Below are positions 1 through 12,300 of a DNA stretch of 62,000 bases, piece by piece. The notes under the pieces are model-generated. The model was not told the DNA's origin and made no database searches. It saw only the letters and a program-made list of their open reading frames with translations. Numbering within the stretch: the stretch's first letter is position 1; each line of letters begins with the position of its first letter. The DNA lies in assembly GCA_013239625.1 (NCBI GenBank), contig MU053487.1, positions 1,445,058 through 1,507,057 on the forward strand. Direction: 5' to 3'. The DNA comes from Lama guanicoe. Lineage: Eukaryota. Position numbers and translations under genes: made by a program.

Positions 1-387
1 ATACAGAATACTGAAAAAGTCCTGGATGAAATGTACCATCTAGTGTGAAATAAGACAACTTTCAGAGGCTAGAGTCTGAGAGAAAAAGCAGATTTAGAAC
101 AGTGCTGAGAATTGATTATTACATATTTCCTGGAGCATCTGATTATCTCTGATGGCCTAGAGCTGAATATTAAAAGGCTATGTTTTTGCGGTAGACTGGG
201 CAGAAGGCCTGAGACTTATGCAACACAGGTGGATTTGACATGAGACTTTGGCATTAAATCCGTACTTTTGATAGCCAGCCTGACGGTGAGCTGAAGGAAA
301 AATGATACAGAGAGAGGTAAAGAAGATATCTGTGTGTCTCATTCTTGACTTTGAATGGAAGGTAAAGTAAGACAATGTATATGAATT

Positions 388-433
388 GTGTGTGTATGTG
401 TGTATGTGTGTGTATACATGCACACACATACAC
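388..433. repeat. (TG)n/(CA)n compound microsatellite
   Basis: Interrupted TG run followed directly by a CA run (tgtgtgtatgtgtgtatgtgtgtgtatacatgcacacacatacaca). Confidence 0.9.
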
Positions 434-639
434 AATTACTTTGAAAATTGCTTAAAAAAAGACCTGGTCCTATATAGATTAGAGACAAATTTAAATATTT
501 GTGTAATTAAAATACTCTTAAAGGCAAAAATTTGGTTTAAGGTCATTCCCAACTAGTTAAATGCAGCCAACTAAAGAGTGGAAGCAATACAAATGCCCTC
601 TGGAGAAACACAGATTCACCCCAGGAGTCAAAAATCTCT

Positions 640-1535
640 TACAGATGGGGTTTCAATAAACGTGATTTCATAATAGCAACAACAACAACAAGGAAAAAAA
701 ATTTAATCCAGTATTTAAGAAAGCAAGCCGATATTAACAGAATATAATGAAAGAAAAAAAGTGAGGTCAAATACATTTAGAAAGAAGATCTTGAATTTAT
801 CAAAGAGAAAGTATTTCATTTAAATATATTAATATGACTAAAGATCACATTATATATACATGAAGGAATGAGTAAAGATTAAACTAACAGATGTATTTGT
901 AAAAGACCAGAGTAGCTCTTTTAACAATTAGAAGGAATGTGTATATCTAGTTTTAACTTTAATCTAAATTTGTATATACACAACATATATGTAATTGGAA
1001 AATCAATAAACACTTTAAATAGCATATTAGACACAGTAACAGAAATAGTAAAGTGATGATAAACTGATAACACAGCAGACTACAGACGGCAAAAAATATA
1101 CGACATGTTAAGTGACATTGATGAATGAGACGTCTAAAATAGAGACACATTCAGTTCTGAGAAAGTCTCAAGTGGGAAGAATTAATATTTGGAAACATAA
1201 ATGTGTATTTCCCAATATTAAGGAAAGAAAGAAACCATCAGATTCAGAATGACCCAAACACCCCCTAAACTTGAACAAAATTTTAAAAAATCAACTAAAG
1301 TGAAACAACAAAAATACCTACACCAACACATCATAATTTAAATATAGAACAGCAGAGCAACAGGAACTACAAGTAGCCAGAGAAGGTAACAGATAGTAAG
1401 AATACAACAACAAATAAACTGAGAGCTAACTTGCCAAAAATACCAAAAGAAGGCAGAAATCAATCTAATAGTATCGTTAAAATGTAGAAAGAAAAGAATT
1501 TTGAATCTGGATCACATATTTAACCTTAGGTGAAC
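640..1535 (+). mobile_element. Ancient L1 (L1M/L1ME-like) 5' region and ORF1 remnant
   Basis: A-rich; degenerate ORF1 motifs such as aatatttggaaacataaatgtgtatttcccaatattaagg...catcagattcagaa and gaattttgaatctgg. Highly diverged. Confidence 0.55.
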
Positions 1536-1599
1536 ATAGATTACCTTCCATTAATTTAAATTTTTCATTTATTTAAATAAAATGTGTGCACACGTGTGC

Positions 1600-3355
1600 C
1601 CATGTGTGTAGCATGTTTGTAGAGGTCTTACACACATCCTTTAGATTTACTTTGATTATTTCTATGCTATGCCTAATTATGGCTCTTAAACTTACTCTAT
1701 GATTATTATTGAAATATAAAAATTTAATCAGTATTTGTGTGTTTGCATAGCATTTCATCGAATTGCTAAATTCAAGTTTAATTATAACAGCATATCTAAA
1801 TTTTTTGTTTGTTTTCTTTTAATTAGTCTACTGCCTTCACTGTACTGGCACAGATTTCTAGTCCAGTGGTGAACAGGCCATTCAGAAAAATGTTTTTGTA
1901 AGTCATTTACAGATACTCTATATAAAATTAATGAGATGCTCTTTTATTTCTGTTTTTCTAAGAATTTTTAAATAAATTTCTGATAACTTGTATCAAAAGC
2001 TCTTTTTATATGTTTGGGATGATCACATTATTTTGCATCTATGTCCATGGGAGAGGTAGAAGTAGGTTTGTCTTCCTCCTCATTCTAATGTCCTTGTCGG
2101 GTTTTGTATCAGATTTCTGCTGTCCTCATACAGTCACCTAAAGACCTCTTATACACGTCTGATAGGATTTACCACTGAAGGTGTGTTAGCATGGACATTA
2201 CTGTGTAGGAATAACTTACTTATAAAATCAACTGAATAGTTGTAGCATAAGTTGATATTTTATTTCTTTTTATGTAAGTTCTTGAAATTTATCTTTTGTC
2301 AATTATCAAATGCATTGCCAAGCTTCATAATGTTTTTGCATCTTTTTAATGTTAGTGGAATCAGTATTTATGCCCCCATTTTTTTCTTCCAGATCAATCT
2401 TTTTAAAAAAAAGTCTTCCTTGCCAAGAGTTTATGACTTTCAGTGGTCATTTAGAATATAATCATCTGGCTTTTCTAGTGTTTTTCCTATAATATATTAA
2501 TATCTAGCTCTATTATTTTCTTCTATTTTAATTTTCTGTGCTGTCTGCTGTAGATGATTGATTTTAACCTTCTTCCTCTTATGAGATATGCATTTAAAAC
2601 TATATATGTTCTTGTATCCACATTTTTAGCTATTTTCCAACCTTTAAAATAGACTATTTATCTTTTCCTAAAATTAATGTTTAAAATATTGTCTAATTTT
2701 CATTATTAGTTTATCTTTTACCCACTCATCATTTAGAAGTGTATTGCTTAATTTCTGATTTTTTAAAATTGAAGTATAGTCAGTTTATGATGTTGTGTTA
2801 ATTTATGGTATACAGCATAGTGATTCAGTTATACATGTTTATATACCTTTTCATGGTCTTTTTCATTATATGCTATTACAAGCTATTGAATATAGTTCCC
2901 TGTGCTGTACAGTAGGACCTTGTTGTTTATCTGTTTTATATATAGTAGTATCTGCTAATCCTGAACTCCCAATTTATCCCTCCACCCCTTCCTTCCCCAC
3001 CGGTAACTATAAGTTTGTTTTCTATGGCTGTGAGTCTGTTTCTGTTTTGTAAATAAGTTAATTTCCAATTATTTTTCATTTTTTCTGTTATTCTATTTGT
3101 TACCAATTTTTAACTTAGTTCCATTTTCATAAGGGAACTTCCCAACAGAATTGCAGTCAGTTGAAGTTTGTTCAAACTTGCTTTGTGGATCAGCATATTG
3201 TTAATTATTGTAAATGTTTTATATGTGCTTGAAATATATGTATTCTACAGTTTTGAAGCGTATAGATTTATATGGCAGTTACATTTATTTATGTTGCTCA
3301 AATATAGTACATGATTTTTTTGCATTTATTTAATGACATACAAATGTATGTTAAA
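1600..3355 (-). mobile_element. Ancient L1M ORF2 remnant, interrupted by a younger L1 at about 2757-3057
   Basis: T-rich; matches antisense L1 ORF2 motifs (actgtactggcacagatttctagt, ttgtggatcagcatattgttaatt...atgtgcttgaaa...tattct). Confidence 0.65.
2757..3057 (-). mobile_element. Younger L1 3'-UTR fragment (camelid/artiodactyl type), 5'-truncated
   Basis: Begins ttttttaaaattgaagtatagtcagttt; near-identical to the L1 3' ends at 16395, 31612 and 44011; degenerate TSD ttaatttc on both sides. Confidence 0.92.
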
Positions 3356-3364
3356 ATTACTATG

Positions 3365-3540
3365 GTCAGAAAGAGGAATGCAAAGAAGTACAACGAAACT
3401 TACAGGAGTGGTAGATAATAATCATTGTGATAGTAGTGATGGTCTCAAGTGTGAACACACATGTTAAAATTTATCAAAAGGTACAGTTTTAATATGCCAA
3501 ATTTCTTATATATAAACTATATCTCAGTAAACTTCATAAA
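3365..3540 (+). mobile_element. L1ME-like 3' end fragment
   Basis: gtgatggtctcaagtgtgaacacacatgttaaaatttatcaaa...tatatctcagtaaa resembles the old L1 terminal segment. Confidence 0.65.
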
Positions 3541-4784
3541 ATGAGCCACTATATTTTCGATTATATTTTCCTTCTTCAATCTGTATATAAACTAGTGGTT
3601 CCAATATGTATTGACAGATAAATAAATAAGTGCATAAGTAAAGGATCAGACAAGTGTGGTTCTAAGAATACTTCCAATCTGTAACAAATGTCCTCCACTA
3701 TGGTTCTCGAGGGGACAACACTTTAATGCCCTAAATCATCCATTGTGTTTAATGAATGAACTTCTATGCATCTAGACAGGCATGAGTTTTGCACTATACT
3801 CAGGAGAACTTAAAAAGCTGTCACTCAAATAATTTTATGTTTTTGTTGTTCTAAGGCTCAGATAAATAATTCTGGTTGAGTAAGGCTGAGAGAGGCTATA
3901 ATTCAAGACTCTATTAACAGATCTGTGCGGCTGTCTTAGTACTGTAGGTCTGGGTGTAGAGCAGTTATGTTTAGTGATCTTCATCGGGTGACCTTTTGAA
4001 GAATTTTCTTAATGGCAGACAGAACATAGTGTGCTGACACCTAAAATGAATAAAATAGCTACTGGCCATTTCATTTAATTATATTAACTATAAATTTAAT
4101 AACTCCCCTCAAGAATATCTATAAGTATTTCCTTTAACAAGCGTTTCTCTAGTTTTGAATCTCCTTTACCTGCGTAAAAAGCCTTGGACTTTCTGCACTG
4201 CTCTCAGTAGGTTTTGTCAGTAAGGAAGAAACTTGATAAGATTCTGCTCAAATGCAGCAATCACTATTTGTTATTTTTCAATTTAATTTCAGTATAAATT
4301 AACTTATCTCCTCACAAGTAGCATTAAAGCTAATAACCCTAAAAAGGATTAAGATTAGAAAGTAATGCTGCCAGTGACAAAGCTCATTAATGGCCCTTAT
4401 CACTACAAGCTGATGAACTACATCTCGGATAATTGGCCTAATTATAATACATTTGTTTCTTTAGCCAGGTATTCCTTGCTTCACTCTGCTAATTACTTAT
4501 GGGTCTCAGTTCGGCCAATTAAATTTCTCTTCCCACTCTATCCATTTCTAAAATAGATAGCACATAGCTGGAATGTCAGTATACCTGTGCTGATGATAGT
4601 TAAGAATTGCTTCAAGGAGACAAGAAATAGAGAGACAAAAAGAGATACTTCTATCCTAGGGTGCAGGCCATTAAAAAAAAGATATAGAGTGAATAATCAT
4701 TCTTTTGGGGTTTCTGCTTGTTTCTTTTAAGTGGAGTTGCTAAAATTTATTTAAAACCAAACTATATCAAAGACCCCTGATATA

Positions 4785-4915
4785 TTCTAGTTTATTCGTT
4801 TTCATAAAGCACTTTATTTTATTTTCACGACAAATAACAGAAACATCCAACTAAAACTGACTTAATGACAAGAAAAGTTAAATTATTTTATATCAGAGGT
4901 AGGCAGGATCTCACC
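4785..4915 (-). mobile_element. Old MaLR (MLT1J/K-like) LTR fragment; probable continuation at about 6820-6960
   Basis: aataacagaaacatccaactaaaactgacttaa matches the antisense LTR end; 6855-6912 ttcctgaacaaatctctgacaag...gggatggcccaactggcta matches the other part. Confidence 0.5.
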
Positions 4916-4924
4916 TACTTGGCT

Positions 4925-6740
4925 AACGCTGATGCTGGCAGGTGATATTCTGGAACTCTCCCTCTAACCTGCTAGAATGAGGAGGCATGCCCCACTGGGA
5001 GCCCTGCCCACACCCATGCCAACAGCTCTGTGCCACAGCAGTGGGCTGGACAAGAGCCCTGCCCACCTGCACACCACAGGAGGTGGGCATGTGCCTGCCA
5101 CACAGGGGACTTCTCTCAGTTGCCCACCTCTGGTGTCCAGGGGGCATTGCAATTCTAGACCCCATGGGACACCTCCTACACAAGGCCACTCCTTCAAGAA
5201 TGGGAGGGGTAGCTGATTTGCTGCTACATGGAAACAAACATAGAGGTTGAGGCAAAATGAGGAGACAAAAGAATAAGACAAAACCTCAGAACCAGATCTT
5301 AATGAAACAGAGACAAGCCATCTATCTGATAAAGAGTTTAAAGTAATGGTCATAACGGGGCTCACCATACACTGCAGAAGAATGGATAAACACAGTGAGA
5401 ACATCAACAGAGAAATAGAAACTATAAGGAAGTACCAAACAGAAGTCACAGAGCTAGAAAATGGAATAAATGAACTGAAAAATACACTAGAAGTTTCAAC
5501 AGCAACCTGGATGACGTAGAAGAACAGATCAGGAGGCTGGATGGCAAAACAATGGAACTCATCAAGACAAAGCAACAGATAGAAAAAAGAAATATTAAAA
5601 AGTAAAGATATCTTAAAGGACCTCAGGGCAAAATCAAGTAAAACAACCTTTGCCTTACAGGGGTCCCAGAAGGAAAAGAGAGAGACAAAGGATCAGAAAA
5701 ACTATTTGAAGAAATAAGACTGAAAACTTCACTAGTCCCATCTGGGGGAAGGAAACAGACTTTCAGGTTCAGGAAATCCAGATAGTTCCAATTAAGAAGA
5801 ACCGAAAGAGAGCCACACCAAGACACATTATACTTAAAACAGGAAAATTTAAAGATAGAGAATCTTTAAAGTAACAAGACAAAAAGCAGCTTGTTATATA
5901 CAAGGAAATCCTGTAAGGTTTTCATCAGGTTTTCTTCAGCAGAAAATTTGCAGGTTAGAAGAGAAGTGGCATGACATATTCAAAATACTGAAAGGAAAAC
6001 AAACAACTTTAACCACAAATTCTCTACCTGGCAAGGTCATCATTCACAACTGAAGGAGAGATTGAGTTTTCCAGATAAGCAAAAGCTAAAAAAGAGTTCA
6101 TCACCACTAAACCAGCCTTACATGCCTTACAAAAGCCTTAAGAAAAATGTTACAGGGACTTTTTTAAGCTGAAAAGAAATGGCAGTGATTAATGATAAGA
6201 AAACATGCCAAAGTAAAAATCTCAATAAAAAAGGTAAATATATATTAAAGGTAATATTAAAGGTACTTATAAAGTATGAAGGTTAAAAAACAAAAGTGGT
6301 GAAATTAACTAAAATTAAAATAATTAGATAAGGAATGCATAAAATAAAAAGATGTTAAAAAAAGGTGACATCAAAAATATAAATGTTGGGAAATAGAAAA
6401 TGTTCACATTTTACATTAAAAGTGTAAAGTTCTGGAATGTGTTCAAATTTACGTTGTTATCGATTCATAACAGACAGCTTATATGCATAGGATATTTTAT
6501 GTGAACCTCGTAGTAACACAAAGCAAAAAATTACAGTAAATACACAAAAGGAAATAATAAATAAACCTAAACATAATACCAAAGAAACCACAGGAAAGAG
6601 AGAAAGGGAAGAAGAAAACAGAGAGAGACTATAGAAACAGACAAAAAACAATCAAAGAGCAGTAAGTGCATACCTATCAATAATTATTTGAAGTGTAAAT
6701 GGACTAAATTCTCCAAGCCAAAGACAGAGAGTGACTACAG
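4925..6740 (+). mobile_element. L1 5' portion: part of 5'UTR, disrupted ORF1 (about 5258-6168), long inter-ORF spacer, first codons of ORF2
   Basis: GC-richer UTR; ORF1 motifs (ctgataaagagtttaaagtaatggtcata; ggggtcccagaagga; ttcatcaccactaaaccagcc); ORF2 endonuclease start tacctatcaataatt...gtaaatggactaaattctcca at about 6670-6715. Frameshifted, no 3' end. Confidence 0.92.
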
Positions 6741-7014
6741 AGACTTCTTTAAATGCATAATAGTTACATTTGGCTAATGTTTACCATACTGACAATGCAC
6801 ATAAAGCATTTCACACTTCACAAGTAGTTCTGGAAGAAATGCCCCAGTGAGTTTCTCCTTCCTGAACAAATCTCTGACAAGCAAACAGACTGGGATGGCC
6901 CAACTGGCTAACCTTTGTCCATCTACCCACTTCCGAGGCCAGGGAACAGAGATTTAGAGAGGCACTGTGATTTATGGCTCCTGTAGACTCTCAAGAGAAG
7001 ATAAATAATCCAAG

Positions 7015-7185
7015 TCACTACACATTTTCAAATACATTATGCTTATTTGAGACGGATAGTTACTGTACCAGTCTTAGAATGGAAACTGAGACTCACAAAG
7101 ACAAAGAACTTACTCAGGTTCACTCTGCCGGTAAATACCAATGCCAGGTCTTAAATCCAGCCCTTCTTAGTCCAGACTCACTGTA
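7015..7185 (-). mobile_element. MIR SINE
   Basis: Core ggaaactgagactcacaaagacaaagaacttactcaggttcac. Confidence 0.8.
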
Positions 7186-8039
7186 GCCTTCACAATACAT
7201 CACCCAGTTTCTGCTCAAATATTGAAACATTAAATATACAGTATACTAACAGAAAGAGACAAGTGGGAAGGTAAAGGATTTGGTTAAAATAATAATATAA
7301 AGTAGATTAAATTCATCCAGTTTTATATAGAGACATATAAATTTTTGGAAAAATAAAATAGACTGTGAAAGTAGCACAGTCACTTACACATAGTAGGTTC
7401 TCAAAAATGTTTGTGGCTATGTGCTGCAGGTAAGCTTCAGAGGGCTGATGTGGTATTTCCCACATTCTTTAAGTAGTGGCCTGTTTTTCTTGGAAAGCAG
7501 ATGTCAAAGTTAGGGCCTAAGAAGAAATCAAGGGACAGATATACCATAAAAGTCGTATTTATCAATCTAGTGGCCTCCTTTCAGGTTTTATTATGTAGGG
7601 GTCAGTGTCAGTGGAATATGCAGGCTGACCTCAAAATGGCCATAAAGTAAACTATAAAGTGAAATATCCCCGTTACAATTTGCTGCTCTTCATCTCAACG
7701 AGCAGTGTCCATGACCAAAGCACATGACATGTGAGATCTGGCGCTAGTGGAGTACGGTGATGACCTGCAGGTTACCAAGCTCCCTGAACGACCTGTTCCT
7801 GTTCTTGGCGGTGGTGTTGACGTAGCTGTGGAGTGTGCTGACAGGAAGCCCATGTCTGTAGAGGGTTCCAGGAGAGGTTTGCTTACGTGTCAGTGGCTGG
7901 CCCAGGAACATACTTAACGAGGAACTAACCAGAAAAAAGGGGGATAGCACATTAAAGTATTATTACCCTAAGAGCATGAAGTTCATCACTCCAAAAAACT
8001 TACAGTTACTCCTTCTTGGAGTATGTTTTAGGAAAATAT

Positions 8040-8430
8040 TTAGCTGAGAGTGTTTTGCCAGTTAGGCTGGAGAATGGAATATCACAGACAAAGAAACCAG
8101 TGAGAAAACTGTAACAGCGTTTCAAAATGCATGCTACGGTAAGAGTGAGAAGACGAAAGGACAGGGGTAAGAGACATTAGCAGTGTGGTGAATTGATTTA
8201 TTCATCCAACCACAGTGAAATATCTCTGTTAGCAAGTCTTTGAGATGGTAGGTCAAAGAGATGAGGGGGCGGAGCAAAACAAAAACCTGATGTCACTGTT
8301 GCAAGAAGTCACAGACTAGAGTGGAAAAAGATATGGTACCTCAACTAATGATAAAATTCACTAATAACTTCCATGTGGTAAAAATGGTGATGCGGAAGAA
8401 GAAACAAAGCATGAGAGTGAGGATGAGGAC
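8040..8430 (-). mobile_element. L2 LINE fragments
   Basis: gaaaccagtgagaaaactgtaacagc and ttattcatccaac...aagaagtcacagactagagtgg resemble antisense L2 3' region. Confidence 0.55.
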
Positions 8431-8764
8431 TGTAGGCCATGTAATGAGAACTGACCAGGCAAAGCAGCAGATGCCCTGTGCCAGGAGACAAGGGATTGGC
8501 TTTTCTGTGCAGGTCTAAGGTGCGGAAACAGTCATGGGCGCTGAGGGTACAGAAAGAGAGACACAAATGAGATCAATACCAAGAAAGCCAAGAAGCTTAT
8601 TTTTAGTTAATTTTAACACAAAATATTGCATTTGAAGTACCAGGAAAAAGCCATGTTCCTACTGATACATAGTGGTGAGGAGGGAACATTTATAGCATAA
8701 TGAACATACACATTTCAAATGTTATGAGTGGCAACCTGACATAAATTGCTTATTACCTTTAGAA

Positions 8765-8932
8765 ATTCGTGATAAATATAATGAACACAGCTGTATGTCA
8801 TATGCAAAAGTTGTTAAGAGAGTAAATCCTGAGTTCTCATCACAAGAAAAAAATAGTTTTTTTTCTTCTATTTCTTTAATTTTGTATCTATAGGAAGTGA
8901 TGGATGTTCACTGAATCTGTTGTGGCAGTCAG
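8765..8932 (+). mobile_element. L1MA/MB-like 3'-UTR fragment
   Basis: aaagttgttaagagagtaaatcctgagttctcatcacaag...gtgatggatgttcact. Confidence 0.8.
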
Positions 8933-9429
8933 AAAAAGTAATTAATTCATCAATTTAAAAATCATGCACTAAAAGGGGTCAAGTGAGGCACTTTTGTGAA
9001 TAAGGAAAGTCAAATATTATTTACAAAAAACTAGGTGCAGGTGGTGAGTCCAGGCAGCCCCACACGCACATTGTGATCGCCGATGACACATTTCTCCTCA
9101 GTCCCATCTTTTTCCACCGGTGTGGAAAAAGAAGTAAAAATCAGTGCACTTACTATAGTCCTAGGTGACAGCGAGACGTTTAAAAAGTATATTAAATTAA
9201 GAAAGTAGCTTAGTTACTTAGCATTTTCTAAAAACTGAGAATATGTTCTACGTGTGTATCCTATGTGCCAGGCATTATACTCAGGCAATTCAAAGACATT
9301 CAAAGATAAATAGGTCATAGTACACTTCCTCAGAAGTCCAATTAAGAATGAAAACACACACATTGACAATTACGTATGAAAAAACTAAAGACTTTGTTAA
9401 AAGCATTTGTCTGTTTACAAAAACACTTT

Positions 9430-9612
9430 TTCTTACTTTACTCCACTTGATCCTTATGCTAACGCTATGAGACAGCAATTTAGCAATCTTAGAATTATTA
9501 TCCCCATCTTGTGATACAAATGAGGAAACTGAGCCACAGAGAGGTTTATTGACTGGACCATGGTTAGAATTTTGCAGAACAAGAATTTGGATAGTAGGCT
9601 GATTCCAGCATT
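9430..9612 (-). mobile_element. MIR SINE
   Basis: ttattatccccat...acaaatgaggaaactgagccacagagaggtt core. Confidence 0.85.
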
Positions 9613-10891
9613 TAAGTAACAATAGTCTTCCAAAAAAGAAATGGATTTTTTTCCCTTGTTATTGCAATGGTGAAGATACAAAACGAGACAAAGTGTTTCT
9701 AGAAAACCAAAAAAAAACCCAGTCACATCACTCAATGATTCAGTAAATTATCTGGAAATGTCGTCCCCATGATGTCATTTATCTGCATCGTTCACCTTGT
9801 TTACTGATTCAGCCAGACATTTCAGCATGGCCCCAACATAGACTGACGGCCTAATGTATTGGAAAATATTTCACCCAAGGCTCAAAATGTTCACTTACAT
9901 GATCTGCCCAGATTGCCGTGCTGCCACTAACACATTATCCTAAAATAAAAAGTATCGGACAAAGGCAACAGGAGAGTATATTTCATCCAGATGGTTAGTA
10001 AATGATAAAAATTAGGCTTTGTCCAGTCTTATTTCCATTTTAATGAAGGCAGGGAAGAGAGAAGGTAGTGAGAGTGAAAGAGACAATAGGGGTCTCTGCA
10101 GCCCTTGCTAGGTCTGGAACTCTGGTTACCTTGCAGAGAAACTCAGATACATGTTACGTTGGTTGTTCCTTGCGTAACTTCAAATAACTTAAATCTGAAG
10201 ATTAACATGAGGGGATGCTACCAAAGGTTGTCCTCAGACTTGATCATCCCAAAGTAAAGAGATAAAGAAATGGATATTTATCAACTGCCTACTGCCTGGT
10301 GGGCCCTTTTACTCATTTAAAACAGTGTAATATAAAGGTGCATTTTCAGATGTGGAATCTGAATCTCAAGGCAGTTACATACCTGTTCATGGCCAAGCTG
10401 GAATTAACGATAGAGGAAGTGCTCCCTTAGATCTGGGCAATTCCTGTGATGCTCTTCTGCAGAGGGCTTCTGAGGGGCCTGAGAATGATGATCACAGAAA
10501 AGTCTGGAGGATGAAAGCTGACACAAAAGAAGCAGGGCAACTGAAACACGGAGGAAGGAACAACTCAGGATGACGAAGCAATGAGTGAGTCTGGGAGTTG
10601 GCATTAGATGGTGATTTGTGTTTGTACTCACAACTCAAGGATTTGAGGGATCGTGGAAGCAATACAGTTGAACTACACGTTTAAAACTTGAATTCCCTTC
10701 ATACGAGTCTACTAAGCTGTCATCCAGCTGAATAAGTGCCCCTGCTTCAGGCTTCTGTATTATTGGACACCATACCTGTTACCTCTTGTGCCACACCTCA
10801 CATCCTCTCAACCTCCTCATCCTCCACCCCCTGCCCACCTTTATCCCATCCACTGCTACAGCAGACAACTTGATGCAGGGGTAAACTGACC

Positions 10892-11308
10892 ATGTGTTGT
10901 CTCAGCTGTCCATTTGTATATATGTCTTCCATAGGCATTCTCAAAGACCACAGCCATAGACCTACAGGACCCCTGCCACCCATTCATACACAAACGAGGA
11001 AATGTTAGGGACACAGCACCTCTTGTGGCACCTGACGGATGGGGCATGGGAGCTAGCAGATACCAGCTTCCTCCCTTGAGCAGGAAATCCTGAGGCAAGT
11101 TATCCATGACTCCTGAGAGGGCTCCATCAGGATGGAGTCCAGTTGCTAGAGCAGTGACCTGCTCAACAATGCACTTGCATTTGCTTTCTCTCTTTTCCTC
11201 TTCCTACTTGACGTTTTCCCATGCCTGTTCCCTTAGATTCCTTCCTAAAAATAAACTAACAGCATACACCTTTCTGTCTGTGTTTTCTGAGAAGCCCAGA
11301 CTGAGAGA
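10892..11308 (+). mobile_element. ERVL solo LTR, LTR16 family
   Basis: ggatggagtccagttgc...cagtgacctgctcaacaatgcac and terminal cctaaaaataaactaacagca...ttctgagaagcccagactgagaga. Confidence 0.8.
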
Positions 11309-12119
11309 GGGCACTCATGAGCCAACATGAGAAGAGACCCTTTCCAATCCTGACCTAACACTCAGGGCAGCCTCAAGGCTTTCTGTCCTCATTTACTTGC
11401 GTCTGATTAATTTCTACATTCTTAGCACCTGATTTCAGACTTTAAGCCCATAAAAGAGAGTCATGGTATCTAATCAGTGGACAGACATAGGAAAAACCAG
11501 TGGAACAAACGTGGCCAAGATTAATGTGCTTAAATTAAAGTAATCTCTTAAGTGGAAGAAAAGTGCCCAAGGACTATCTTCTAAAACTAGTTACAGACAA
11601 AGTGGGAAAACGAAGAGGCATATATTTTATCTAGTCACCATGATTACACGTTAAGGTTCCAGTAACCCAACACTAGTGCATAGTCAGTGTATTGTTAATC
11701 ATAAGAGTACTAAGTTTTAAAATATTTGATGTTTACACTTTGGGAGCATATTTTAAATAAACAGACTTAAAGACTGTGGTAATAAAATCCATAGGGGTGC
11801 ACTCTTTGGATATAGAACCTGATGTGTGAAAATAGGAATATTAGGAAACTGTACGAAGTAAGGTAGAATTCTTGGCATATTAACATATATATGTCTATTT
11901 GTTTCTACCCAAGAAAGACAATTTCAAGACTTGGGTCTACATGTGTCCACGTATAAGCTAATCCTGTTGAGACTGGGATGTTATTATGAAAAGATCTCTG
12001 ATCGTGACACTAGGAAATGTCTACTGGACAATAGCAACTTACCATTGGATTGAACATCTACCAACTGCAAACCAGTGCAGTAAAAATGGGTGTATTCAAG
12101 ATCCTAGACTCAAAAAATG

Positions 12120-12300
12120 GACTTAATTGGACTTTGAGTCAAAGTACTTGGCTTAAGTAGCTTAGTAGCTGTGTGTCTTGGACAAGTCACAGACTGTCTG
12201 AGGACTCACTCTACTATCGATAGAATAGGGTCTTAATTCTTGATCTGCCTGTCTTACAGGGTTGATGATTGTATCAAATGAAAAAATGTGTGATCAAGGA
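12120..12300 (+). mobile_element. MIR SINE
   Basis: ttagtagctgtgtgtcttggacaagtcac...cttacagggttgatg...atcaaatga. Confidence 0.8.

Noticed and set aside
388..433. TG run followed by CA run forming a potential hairpin or pre-miRNA
   Set aside because: Self-complementarity is a trivial consequence of adjacent TG and CA microsatellites, a common mammalian pattern.
4964..5575. 203-aa minus-strand ORF antisense to the L1 5'UTR/ORF1 (ORF0-like idea)
   Set aside because: Starts at a non-ATG codon and has low-complexity S/F/L/V composition. Long antisense frames are a common by-product of A-rich L1 ORF1.
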